Made by a program: the position numbers and the translations under genes. The notes beneath the pieces are model-generated. The model saw only the letters and a program-made list of their open reading frames with translations. It was not told the origin of the DNA and ran no database searches. From Octopus sinensis (Eukaryota), in contig NC_043001.1 in the NCBI RefSeq assembly GCF_006345805.1, forward strand, positions 130,076,001-130,140,000: DNA of 64,000 bases, written 5' to 3'. Each line of letters opens with the position of its first letter. Position 1 is the first letter of the stretch. Below, piece by piece: positions 50,556 through 63,144 of the stretch.

Positions 50556-51009
50556 ATGATACTTCTGTTTCAGCAACTCAGCACTGAATCTGTCTGAAAT
50601 GTAATGCCCAGGTCAAAAAAAGCAAAGTTTGAAGGGAATAATAGTAATTTCCTTTGAATTCTAGATAGAAGCAAAAAAAGGAAAATAACACTTTCTGACC
50701 GAAGATAGAAAAAACAAAAAAAAAATTAAAATTTTGTTTTCAAAGTTTAATCTGTGGGCAAGGATAATTATGGGTTTAGCTAAGGAAATAAAATTGCATG
50801 ACATTCCTTCTTTGCCAGTAATAACACCTTAGGAGAATGTAGAATGCAGAGTGAGCAGGAATTGAAACTGTTGCGTAAGATGGTCTCCGTGGGAGGATAA
50901 GAGTAATTTCACTTTGGCACTGTCCACATGAAGCTGAATAATAATAAATTTGTAAAACCATTATGATAAGTTGATTGATAAAAATTTAGCATGATAGATG
51001 GATGTATAC

Positions 51010-51128
51010 ACAGATAAATGTATGTGTACATATATACATATATACATACATACATACATACATACATACATGCATACATATATATATATATATAAACACA
51101 CACACACAGACATATATATGTATGTATT

Positions 51129-51191
<63 letters not shown>

Positions 51192-51196
51192 ATAAG

Positions 51197-51278
<82 letters not shown>

Positions 51279-51520
51279 ATGATATATGTACATACATATA
51301 TATGTATCTGTGTGTATATATACATATATATATATATGTATACATATATATATGTACATACATATATATGTATCTATGTGTATATATACATACATATATA
51401 TATATTGAGTGGTTATTTAGAAATTTAATATTTCTAATATATATATATATTGATACATATATATATTCACACACACACACACACAGATATGTAGATGCAT
51501 AGATATATACATGCATATGC
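51010..51520. repeat. (TA)n/(CATA)n mosaic
   Basis: Directly visible. Confidence 0.95.
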
Positions 51521-51779
51521 ACATACGCACACATATATTCAAATTAAGAAATTGATGTATAGGTGGATGGATAGATAGGTGGACCAATAAACAGTCAGAC
51601 GGATAATCACATACATAGATACTTAGTAGTTTAAAACATTATCGTGAGATTATGAAAAAAAAAAAAAGGATAAAAATTGAAAATTCAATTTTAATTTATG
51701 ACAACAGAAAATGATGTATTGGTGTAATTTATATTTTTGTCAGATTGTTTTACATACACATGCAAAAACAAAACATGCA

Positions 51780-52002
51780 TACATACACACACACACACAC
51801 ATACATACATACATACCTACATACATACATACTACATACATACATACATACATACATACACATCCATCCATACATACATACATACATACATACATACATA
51901 CATACATACATACATACATACATACATACACATCCATCCATACATACATACATACATACATACATACATACATACATACACATCCATCCATACATACACA
52001 CA

Positions 52003-52034
<32 letters not shown>

Positions 52035-52070
52035 CACCTATGTATACATATATACATATACATACTATAT
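51780..52070. repeat. (CATA)n with periodic CATCCATC interruptions
   Basis: Directly visible. Confidence 0.95.
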
Positions 52071-53214
52071 ATATAGATAGATAGATGGAGATGAAGATAT
52101 AGATATATGTAACATAAATAAGCCTACCAACATAATGTATATATGTATATATATACACACACACACATACACACACACACATATATATTTGTATATATAT
52201 ATATATATATATATACATACACAGTTGAACACAATTATGTGTGTATATGATTGTACGTACGATATATATATAAAATCTAATTGTGTATTTATTCCTTATT
52301 TTCTTGTTTTTTCGCTTTTAATCTCATTAATATATTTTTACCCATTCTATACCCACTTCACCAAACTAAAGTTTATTAAAGTGATTAGAGCCACTTAAAA
52401 TTTCAGTATAAATACAGTTGCTGAAGCTATCAATTTTCTCTTGGAGATTTTCCAGACAAATTTAGTGAAATTATTTTATCTGACTATTTAACTTATATGT
52501 GTTTGTATAGACATGTATACAAATACATCATTATCAACATCATCATCATCATCATCATGATCATTATCATCGTCATCATTTTTTTTTTTTTTATATATCT
52601 ACATTTTTATTTTGGTATTCGTTAGATGATGAGTCTACATGGACTGAGTCATTTCTTATTTGAAGTTACTCTTCTCATGGATGGGTTAGGTACCATGTTT
52701 CGCTTAAATGTTCCAGTTTTTGGCATGTTTTTGATCCCTGAATAAGCCTTTCCTATCGGTAATCAATTTATAGAGCATTTACTTGGTGCTTTTATTGTAA
52801 TACCAGCAACAGAGATGCTTTCATGTTCTCAGCAAAATGAAAGAGTATTCCCTACTTACATGTATTCCCTACAATATGTACACACATTCCTATGTGCATA
52901 GATATGCATAGTATCCTTTGTTCTCATATATATATATATAAGAATTTTTTGTGTAATGAGATAAAAAACCAAGGCTGTATAGAGATTAGAGCATTTATGG
53001 ATAGAAGGTCTTATAATGCTCTAATATCTATACAGCCTTGGGTTTTTTATTTCATTTCGCAAAAAATTCTTATATACACACGCTGACATAGAACCAATGT
53101 TTGAACCCTTTATTCGCAATATTATCAAATCTAGAACTTAACTATGGTCTGTCTATAGCACTTATTCAGCATTGCCTGACACCTTTGGGTCTCAATGACA
53201 CCATCATCTCTTAT

Positions 53215-53400
53215 ATTTACTCTCTTTTACTTGTTTCAGTCATTTGACTGCGGCCATGCTGGAGTACTGCCTTTAAACGAGCTTTTGTCAGCCCGAGGCT
53301 ATAGTAGAAGACACTTGCCCAAAGTGCCATGCAGAGGGACTGAACCCTGAACCATGTGGTTCATAAGCAAGCTACTTACCACACAGCCACTCCTACGCCT
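53215..53400 (-). mobile_element. SINE family B with internal deletion
   Basis: Tail joined directly to the CORE/head region. Confidence 0.85.
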
Positions 53401-53437
53401 ATCATCATTTGACATCAGTTGTCCATGCTGGTATGTG

Positions 53438-53483
<46 letters not shown>

Positions 53484-53912
53484 CACATATACATACATAC
53501 TTATCTACATGTATATATATATTTTGTTGTGTCTAGGGTGAGTCATCATGCCAATATTAACATATGCACTGGTTCAATTCCACTTCTTTATTATTAGTCA
53601 ACTGGTTAAATATCTCTCCAACTAGCTAATCGATCGTTTGCTTCAGTTGGTTAAACTCTAAGTCATTTATTTTGTTTTTGTTTGTCAAAGCACTTTCGTT
53701 GCTTTTTCATTACACAGAAAGAAAGAGAGAGAGAGAGAGAGAGAAGTAGGTAATAGTTATATATATATGTATTATGTATTGTTATATAACAATGTTGTTG
53801 ACAGTAGCTTCGAAGTTTCAGCCAGCTAAGCCATTGTCGGACTGCCTGATGATAGCTTGACTGGCAGAAAATTCGAAGTCACTGTCTTCAACATTCTTGA
53901 ATAAGAATAATA

Positions 53913-54316
53913 TCAGGTCATCTTATAAGTTCTGTCTGATTTTACCTTTTCTAAAATTGAATGAAATTTAATAGTATTTTAGAATGTCAAATGGAATTAA
54001 AAAATATTTTTTATGCATTTGTGTACATTTAAACTAATTAAATATTATTTTACAGAATAATAGAATTAATATTTCTTTGATTAAAACCCTTTCTAACATG
54101 GAAGTATCCAAAGAGCATTTGAGGCACATAATGTTTTAAGAGTACAAAAAAGGAAACTCTGCATCTGAAGTGACTCGAAACGTACACTCAGTTTATGGGA
54201 AAGAATGATCGAATGAAAGAACTTGCAGAAGATGGTTTGCAAAATTCAGAAGTGGAGATTTCAACCTTAAAGATGAAGATCAAACTGGAGGTCCAGTTGA
54301 GTTAGATGATAAGCTC
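53913..54316 (+). mobile_element. Mariner 5' fragment with pseudogenised transposase HTH domain
   Basis: TA|TCAGGTCATCTTATAAG end; MEVSKEHLRHIMF*EYKKGNSASEVTRNVHSVYG...RTCRRWFAKFRSGDFNLKDEDQTGGP at 54098-54300. Confidence 0.88.
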
Positions 54317-54414
54317 TCCTCTGTCATAAAGACACATCCCCCTCTAACACTACCCTCACTACTTGAAAACCTCACTAGTGCTGGTGCCATGCAACAACCA
54401 ACCAGTACACCATA

Positions 54415-54665
54415 AGGTGGCGAGCTGGCAGAAAAGGCGGCGAGCTGGCAGAATTGTTAGCACCCCGGGCGAAATGCATAGCAGTATTTCGTCTGTCTTT
54501 ACATTCTGAGTTCGAATTCCGTTGCGGTTGACTTTGCCTTCATCCTTTCGGGGTCAATTAAATAAGTACCAGTTATGCACTGGGGTCGATATAATCGACT
54601 TAATCCGTTTATCTGTCCTTGTTTGTTCTCTCTGTGTTTAGCCCCTTGTGGATAGTAAAGAAATA
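54415..54665 (+). mobile_element. Full-length SINE family A (A1) with a duplicated 5' head
   Basis: GGTGGCGAGCTGGCAGAAAAGGCGGCGAGCTGGCAGAA. Confidence 0.92.
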
Positions 54666-54807
54666 AGTACACCATGTTAAGTGGCTGGCATTTCAACAGG
54701 CATCCAGCTGTAGAAATCATGCAAAAGCTGGTATTGGAGGTGATAGTGAATCCTGTCAAACTGTCCGACCCATGCCAGCATGGGTTAAATGGTGACGATG
54801 ACGATGA

Positions 54808-55040
54808 GGAGGAGGAGGAGGAGGAGGAGGAGGAGAGGGGAGGTAGAAGAAGAAGAAGAAGAAGAAGAAGAAGAAGAAGAAAGAGAAGAAGAAGAAGAAG
54901 AAAGAGAAGAAGAAGAAGAAGAAGAAGAAGAAAGAGAAGAAGAAGAAGAAGAAGAAGAAGAAGAAAGAGAAGAAGAAGAAGAAGAAGAAGAAGAAAGAGA
55001 AGAAGAAAGAGAAGAAGAAGAAGAAGAAGAAGGGAGAGAG
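54808..55040. repeat. (GAG)n/(GAA)n purine tract
   Basis: Directly visible; follows a family D tail. Confidence 0.96.
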
Positions 55041-55141
55041 GCGAGAGGATTCAACAGCAGCAACAGTTGCCACAGTCATGATGAAGATAATGATGGTGCA
55101 CATGTATATATATATATATATATATCCACAGATGCACATAC

Positions 55142-55540
55142 AACTCAAGTAAATTGCTTACCAACCACATGGTTCTGGGTTCAGTCCCACTGTGTGGCAC
55201 CTTGGGCACGTGTCTTCTACTATAGCCTCGGGCCGACCAAAGCCTTGTGAGTGGATTTGGTAGACGGAAACTGAAAAGAAGCCCGTCGTATATATGTATG
55301 TATATGTATGTGTGTGTGTGTGATTGTATGTCTGTGTTTGTCCCCCCTCACCATCGCTTGACAACCGATGCTGGTGTGTTTACGTCCCCGTAACTTAGCG
55401 GTTCAGCAAAAGAGGCTTATAGAATAAGTATTAGGCTTACAAAGAATAAGTCCTCGGGTCGATTTGATCGACTAAAGGTGGTGCTCCAGCATGGCCACAG
55501 TCAAATGACTGAAACAAGTAAAAGAGTAAAAAAAAGAGTA
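55142..55540 (+). mobile_element. SINE family B
   Basis: B-box through tail. Confidence 0.92.
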
Positions 55541-55618
55541 TGTCACAAATATATTGTATTTGGAGAATCTTCGTCAGCTTCTTTTACTCCTTCTCCAAGA
55601 AACTGAATATTTCTAAAT

Positions 55619-56233
55619 TTAGGTCTCACTGAGGAAATGATAAGCGACCGAGACCTTTGGAAATATGCTGTGCGTGAAAAGACCAGGCAGGACAAGTGAG
55701 TCCAGCCCACTTATGCATGCCTTTCCTCCCTTGGACACACAAAGACCTGTTGAGGCAAGCGAAGTCAATATCGAACCTCATCCGACGACAGGCACCTATG
55801 CCAACCCCACTTTGCTTGCAAAGACCTGTTGGGGCAAGTGAAATCGAAATCGAAATCGGAATAGAAATTGAACCAATCCTATGACTGGCACCCAGCAGAT
55901 GCCAGGACCCCTGGACTGGAGATACGTAAAAAGCACTATCCGAATCATGGCCAATGCCAGCGCCACCTCGACTGGCTTCCGTGTCGGTGGCACGTAAAAA
56001 GCACCATCCGAATCGTGGCCGAAGCCAGTGCCGCCTCGACTGGCTTCCGTGCAGGTGGCACGTAAAATGCACCAATCCGACCATGGCCGATGCCAGCCTT
56101 GCCTGGCACCAGTGCGGATGGCACGTAAAAAGCACCCTGGTGCAGCCTTCTGGCTTCCCAGATCCCTGGTCGAACTGTCCAACCCATGCTAGCATGGAGA
56201 ACGGACGTTAAACGATGATGATGATGATGATGT
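55619..56233 (+). mobile_element. RTE-clade LINE 3' end (ORF C-terminus and full 3' UTR); parent of family D
   Basis: LGLTEEMISDRDLWKYAVREKTRQDK* (RTE DR..W motif, stop 55697-55699), tandem units, tail GACGTTAAACGATGATG. Confidence 0.85.
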
Positions 56234-56234
56234 T

Positions 56235-56420
56235 GGTACATAACCTAATGCACCTATGATGTTAGGTACAAAGAAACAATGTACCTCTTAATTTTTTGAT
56301 TGACCATCTTCCTGGTGGCAAGGCTGTAAAGAAATGGACATTTTCATCATTTGTTGTATAAGTATTCATCTTTTGCATTTTACAAATTTTGAAGGTTCCA
56401 GATATCATAGTCATTTCTAG
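56235..56420 (-). mobile_element. Degenerate R4/Dong-like remnant
   Basis: Contains PNIIGALGYVP on the minus strand. Confidence 0.4.
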
Positions 56421-56439
56421 CTTATGAATTCAGAAGCTC

Positions 56440-56595
56440 TCTTACTCTCTTTTTACTCTTTTAATTCCTTCAGTCATGTGACTATGGCCTTGCTGGAGCA
56501 CCACCTTTGGTTGAGCAAATTGACCCCAGCACTTATTCTCTGTAAGCCTAGTACTTATTCTATCGGCTACTTACCACACAGCCACTCCTACGCCT
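56440..56595 (-). mobile_element. SINE family B with a large internal deletion
   Basis: Tail fused to head (TATTCTATCGG|CTACTTACCACACAGCCACTCC). Confidence 0.8.
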
Positions 56596-56945
56596 GTATT
56601 CTTTCTCTACAAATCCAAGTTCAGTTATACATTAGTCCAGAAAATTATGCAACTGTTTGAGTATTTTGTATGTGTGTATGTGTGCATGCATGTGTACATA
56701 TATGTGTACATATATATATATATATATACATATATATATGTGTGTGTGTCTGTCTGTTTGCATGTATGTATTTAATGATAAGAAGAGGAAAACAACAATG
56801 TTACAATAATATGTTCTCACCTAACCCATGCTAGCATGGAAAGACGGATGTAAACTCAACAAAATAACTGATAACTGTGTGTGTGTTTGCGCGCGTGTGT
56901 GTGTGTGTGTGTGAGTGTGTGTTTGCATGGGTGTAGTGATTTATA

Positions 56946-56985
<40 letters not shown>

Positions 56986-57629
56986 ATTAAATCCACTAAA
57001 TACTTCACAGGGAAAATGGAAAAAGTTGATGTTAAAATATCTAAAACCAAAGCTAGAAAGTCTAAATAATTGACCAATATTATCAGAATAAAACTCAAAA
57101 ATACTATTCCACCAACACCACCATCACTATCACGAAACCACCACCACCACCCCACCACCACCACCACACCCACCACCACCGCTGCCACCACCACCGCCGC
57201 CGCCACCACACATGCATACTTAAATATAGTAAACTCAACTAAATGACTTAACAAAGCCAAATATATAAATATGAATCAATATGAATACATAACTAAGCTT
57301 ACTAAACAAATAAGAATAAATAAAATTATCCTATCAAAATGTTTGCTACGATTGGTAGTAGTGGTGGTGGTGGTGGTGGTGGTGGTGTGGAGGTGGCAAT
57401 GGCAGCAGTGGTGCGAACTCAGTGTCGGTTGTTGGTACCGGAGGTAAATGGTGCTATAATGCATTAATTCATATATGATATCGACAAATGAAATTATGAC
57501 AAACTTTTTGAAAAACCTTTCCATCAGTCGAGGTTTCTTTCCCCCCCCCCCCCGTCATAAAAGATTATGACAATTATTTCAATTCCTCCTCTGTTTTGAG
57601 GTGGAAAAAAAGAAAAACAAAGTTATCAC

Positions 57630-57643
57630 ACACACACACATAT

Positions 57644-57694
<51 letters not shown>

Positions 57695-57778
57695 CATATA
57701 TATATATATATATTATATATATATATATTATATATATATATATTATATATATATATATGATGTATATATATTTATTTG

Positions 57779-57826
<48 letters not shown>

Positions 57827-57832
57827 ATATGT
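57630..57832. repeat. (TA)n
   Basis: Directly visible. Confidence 0.96.
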
Positions 57833-58350
57833 TGTAGTGAAAAGAAAGAGAGAATTATGAACGGAATAAATAAAAGGAGAATTAAGTTAAATTAAATTAA
57901 ATTTCAATATAAGAAAAAAAAAAGAAAGAAAATTCGTAAATGGAAATCCAAACACAATAAAGTATAAAAGTCAATAAATAAAAAAAAATAAATAATTAAC
58001 TAAATATATTTAATAAATATAAAAGTTTCATAACGAAAATTAAATACAAGTGTTTCAAAATTTCATAAATATAGCATTTTGAGTGTATGTGTATATATAT
58101 ATATATGTGCACACACATACACATCTGCACACAAACACACACATACATGCACACAAACACACACACATATTTGTGTATTTATATGTGTGTGAGTGTATAT
58201 GTATATTTGTATACACATATATATATTAATAAACCCTTTCTCGAAATTTTTATCTTTAATACCAAGCTGTGAAAATTCACTGTTTAAATACATGATTTAT
58301 TATGTATAACGTTTTATTCTTTTTATCATCATCATCATCACCACCATCAC

Positions 58351-58383
<33 letters not shown>

Positions 58384-58717
58384 CATCATCATCATCATTG
58401 TTATTATTATTGTTGTTCCTGTTGTTATTGCTTGTCTGTTGTGTGTATGTGTCTGTCGTGTGGAGTTGTATACGCATCTATGTGAGCATGTGTGTTTATT
58501 TGTTGTCCTTCTAACCTGCATTAAATATACTTAAGATATCGCAATGTTAACGATAAAAACAACAACAACAACAACATCAACAACAACTGCAGCAATAACA
58601 ACAAAATAAAAATAAACAAACAAATATAATGGAATAAATCATAAAATAAAATAAGCTGTACATTTTAAAATTGCATGTCACTTTTATTGATGTAGATTCT
58701 CTCTCCCTTGTCCCCCT

Positions 58718-58753
<36 letters not shown>

Positions 58754-59121
58754 ACTCTGTCTATCTCTGTCTCATGCTCTCTAATTTTCTTCTACTTTCA
58801 CTTTCATTTTGCTTTTTTCTCTGACTCTTTTTCCTTCACTTTTCTTTTTCCTGTTCTTTCACGCACAATGTCTTTTATCTTTCTTTGAGTTAGACTACAT
58901 GCATTGTCAAACACACACACACACGTCTGTCCATTCCCCCTCTCTCTCTCTCTCTCTCACACACACACTCTCCCCTTCTCTCTCTATTTTTCTCTCTGTC
59001 TCTTTCCTTCTCTCTCTCTCTCTCTCTCTCTCCTTCATTTTGACACACATATGCACATACATGCAATTGCAGTTGCATTCCTCTTACAATCTCCCTCTCT
59101 GCTACACACAAACACAGGTAG

Positions 59122-59171
<50 letters not shown>

Positions 59172-60204
59172 GCACACCTGCTTTCACATATGCATTCATT
59201 CACATGCAACCATACCTTCACACATGCACACACACATACATACGCACACAAACACATATGCATACATCCACATATATGCACAAACCACAGCAGAAACATA
59301 CACATACATGTTTTTCATCTTTCTCATATTCACACTATCAGGCAAGCATATGCATTCATACAAATACTTAAACACGCATACACACATACATGCTTTCATT
59401 CTTCCTCAGTCCCTCTCCCTCCTCGTTTTTTTACACATACAAATTTGCATGCATATGCACATAAAATACTAATTCTCTCTAAACTCACACATGCAAACAC
59501 ACACACACACACACACACAGACACACACACATGTACGCACACACACATACATACGAACATAGATACACAGAACATTTGAACACTCTACCCCTTCCTTTAA
59601 CACCACCCCTCCTGCACCCCAGTTGTCCCACTCTCTTATACCTTCTCTGTTCTATACAATACCATATTTCGTAAGTCTTTAAATTGAATAATCCTAATTC
59701 TTTGTCGCTTAGATCAAAACGCAAATAAATTCTAATGCCTCAGAAATAGCAGAGAGAAAGAGAGAGAGAGATTTAGAGAGAGAGAGATTTAGAGAGAGAG
59801 ATAGAGAGAGGGGGAGAAGGGAGAGAGAAAGAGAGGGAGAGAGAGAAAAACAGAGAAAGACAAACAGAAATGATATTCAGATCTATTAAAATGATAACCA
59901 GCCAGCCAGCCAGCCAACCAGCCTAGCTTATGAAACCAGTGGATCTGTATGTTACTTTGAGTGCAAAAAAAATGCTTCCATACACCTCTTAAATTATCCC
60001 TTACCATCTTGAAAATAAAGGGCTACTTTTGATAACGGGGTCCTAGATCAGCCATGTCCAAGAGAAGAGCTTTGCTGTTGTAAGCATCACACATGGTCTT
60101 TTTGATAGAATGCACTCATAACTTAAAAGACTTTACTGTCATTTGCCAGCAAATATTCTTTGGTTGGTAGTATGTACCTTGCTTTCACTAATTGCTTTTT
60201 ATTT

Positions 60205-60430
60205 CTTTATTGCCCACAAGGGGCTAAACATAGAGGTGACAAACAAGGACAGACAAAGGGATTAAGACGATTACATCAACCCCAGTGCGCAACTGGTACT
60301 TTATTTAGCGACCCCGAAAGGATGAAAGGCAAAGTCGACCTCGACGGAATTTGAACTCACAACCTAACGACAGACGAAATACGGCTATGCATTTCGCCCG
60401 GCATGCTAACGTTTCTGCCAGCTCGCCACC
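60205..60430 (-). mobile_element. Full-length SINE family A, A1 tail
   Basis: Reverse complement of 12085. Confidence 0.92.
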
Positions 60431-60744
60431 TTTCACTAATTTCACTAATTGCTTTAGGTAGCTGTACTACCCTTGAGCCCACAAAAATACCTGGGATGTC
60501 ACAGACGGAAAGAGAGAGCAAAGGGCTGCCACAGTACTTGGCTGGTACAGTACTCATTTAGACTTAGCCATAAACTAACATGAAATGAAGTGCTTTGGTC
60601 AAGTATGCAACATGCTACCTTGTCCAAGAATTGAACCTATGAGATTATAATCATGAAAGACTAATGCCCTCACCATCAGGCCACATACTGTAGCATAACA
60701 ATGTTCGCGTAACAATTGTTATTTAGAATATATAGCAAAGTTAG

Positions 60745-60930
60745 AAATATGTATATAGGTACAGGTGTGGTTGTGGGGTAAGATGTTCGCTTCCCAACCA
60801 CAAACCACATGGCTCTGGATTCAGGCCCATTGTGTGGCACATTGGGTAAATGCTTTCTACTTTAGCTTTGGATTGACTAAAGCCATGGGAGTGAATTTGA
60901 CAGACAGAAACTGAAAGAAGCCCACTGTGT
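60745..60930 (+). mobile_element. SINE family B, 5' half, degenerate
   Basis: Head and GAAACTGAAAGAAGCCC. Confidence 0.75.
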
Positions 60931-61084
60931 GTGCATATATATATATATATACAAAATGAGAAAATGGAGAAATATATCCAAATCAATCATCAACTATCAG
61001 ATAATACCCAATCAATACATAATAGCAATGATATTATACATTAATATAGTACAAATATAACAAGACATAGAAATACATTTACAT

Positions 61085-61260
61085 TGTAGCTGACAACTGT
61101 TTCGGCCGTGAAGACAGGTATGTCTCATTTAACCTATTAGCCATATAAAGCAGGTATAAATGAGACATTAACAAGAATATCTCACGGCCTCAGGGAATAA
61201 ATCCAAATTTACAGGGAAAAATCAGATTTAGGATTAAATCCAATTTTATAGTATAAATAT
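61085..61260 (-). mobile_element. Penelope-like terminus with hammerhead relic
   Basis: Shares 61200-61260 with 31550-31610; GGCCGTGA/TCACGGCC-GAAAC..GTC. Confidence 0.55.
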
Positions 61261-61316
61261 ATTCTATATATTATAATAAATATATATATATATATATTAT
61301 AATAAATATATATATA

Positions 61317-61540
61317 TAGTCATACGATATAGTGCATATTTATACACATAAGGAATCCACTTAGCGTGAAATTCAACACATTAGAAAGAACAGCTAGGTT
61401 CTGTAAACCACAAAAATAACGGATAGAATTATTTTTCGTTATTTTTGTGGTTTACAGAACCTAGCTGTTCTTTGTAATGTGTTGAATTTCACGCTAAGTG
61501 GATTCCTTATGTGTATAAATATGCACTAATCGTATGACTA
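61317..61540. repeat. Long fold-back inverted repeat (~104-bp arms, 15-nt loop)
   Basis: 61317-61421 vs 61437-61540, only a few mismatches. Confidence 0.95.
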
Positions 61541-61646
61541 ATATATAGTCTTCTTGACTAATTTTTTTTGGCACGTTAGACCACTGGAAATGTAAATTTT
61601 AATTGAATATCTTAATTTTAATTAAATTCCATTTCCCTTTGATATG

Positions 61647-61708
<62 letters not shown>

Positions 61709-61710
<2 letters not shown>

Positions 61711-62580
61711 GTGTGATCAATAAGTATCTAGACTGTTGCCATACTATCGAAGCTAAAGCAAGCAGAGCGAAGCTGCTTGTCAAAGACTGACCTTGAATTC
61801 TGCTGTGCATGTGCATTAAGTTTTAACATTCTAGTTCACTTCTGCTGTTTACTGCAGTGCTTAGAAGGGAGGTGTGTAGTGTATGATCGTCACATTGACC
61901 ATGACAGAGAAAGTTGTCATGGCAATCAATACCTGTTCAGAGGCTTGTACAAAGTTGCAGAAAGTGTATGGAGAGGTGTGTATGAGCTGCACACAAGTGT
62001 ACGAGTGGTTCAGACATTTCTAAGATGGCCAAAACAATATCGATATTGATAAACATCCCGGGAGACCCATAACCAGCAGAACTGAGAAAAAGCATCACAG
62101 ACATGCATGTAGCTGTAAGGGGAAATCGTGGAATCACCACCCATGAGTTATCAGATGATGTGCAGGTTAGTTATATTTCAGTTGAGTCCATTATCACTGA
62201 AGATTTGGGTATGAGATGCATACCTGCCAAGTTTGTGCCAAAACTGCTTTCAGCTGACCAAAAAGACACTCCGGTTTCAGTTGCATAGGATCTTGATTGT
62301 GTCGAGAACCATGAAAATTTTTGAAAAATTTGTGTAGACCTCTCAGCAGGTATTGCCAAGCTTTCAGCAAAACTTGATGCAGATTCTCTCCTCGACTTTC
62401 CCTGTCATGGTCAATGCAGCAATCACACGCTACACACCTTCCTTCCAAGCACTGCTGTAGGCAGCTGAAGTGAGCTAGAACATGCACTAAGTTCAAGGTC
62501 AATCTGTGCCAAGTAGCTTCACCTTGTATGCTTTAGCTTCGTTACTGTGGCAACAGTCTGGATACTTATTGATCAGACCA
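61709..62580. mobile_element. Non-autonomous mariner built from two 5' ends
   Basis: TA TSD; TIR GATCAATAAGTATC.AGACTGTTGCC; pseudo-transposase VYEWFRHF..GRP..ITEDLGMRCIPAKFVPKLL on +; last ~270 bp is an inverted copy of the 5' end. Confidence 0.88.
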
Positions 62581-62589
62581 TATGTGCAC

Positions 62590-62810
62590 GTGTGTCTTTG
62601 ACTGTACTTGTCCCCTATCACAGCTCCATGACCAGTGTTGGTGTGTTTACATCCTCATAACATAGTGGTTTGGCAAAAGAGACCAAAAGAATAAGTACCA
62701 AACTTTAAAGAACAAAAGTACTGGGGTTGATTTGTCCTACTAAAATCCTTCAAGGAACTGCCCCAGCATGGCCACAGTCTAATGATTGAAACAATTAAAA
62801 GATAAGATAA
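62590..62810 (+). mobile_element. SINE family B, 3' half
   Basis: Family tail. Confidence 0.8.
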
Positions 62811-62879
62811 CCTATACAGCCTCGACACACTAGTCTCTCATATGCTTTGAAGATATGAGTGAACTGTAAGAGAAAGAAT

Positions 62880-63030
62880 TACAAATCCTCAAATTCTACT
62901 GAGGTCGACTTTGCCTTTCATTCTTTCAGGGTTGATAAATTAAGTACCAGGTGCGTACTAGGATTGATCTAATCAACTGCCCCCCTCCCCAAAAATTCTG
63001 GGACTTGTGTCTAAAGTAGAAAAGAATATA
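62880..63030 (+). mobile_element. SINE family A, 5'-truncated, A2 tail
   Basis: Central box and tail. Confidence 0.8.
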
Positions 63031-63144
63031 TTCCTCATACTGATTTAGCAAAAAATGATCTCTCCAGTTTATAGTTCTTGGAGGAAACTTGGAGCACAAG
63101 TTTATTGAATTTCTTTCAATCAAAATTCATCTAAAACTAATGTT

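Noticed and set aside
57339-57467. MFATIGSSGGGG... short ORF
   Set aside because: Built on a (GGT)n repeat; 42 aa with no other support
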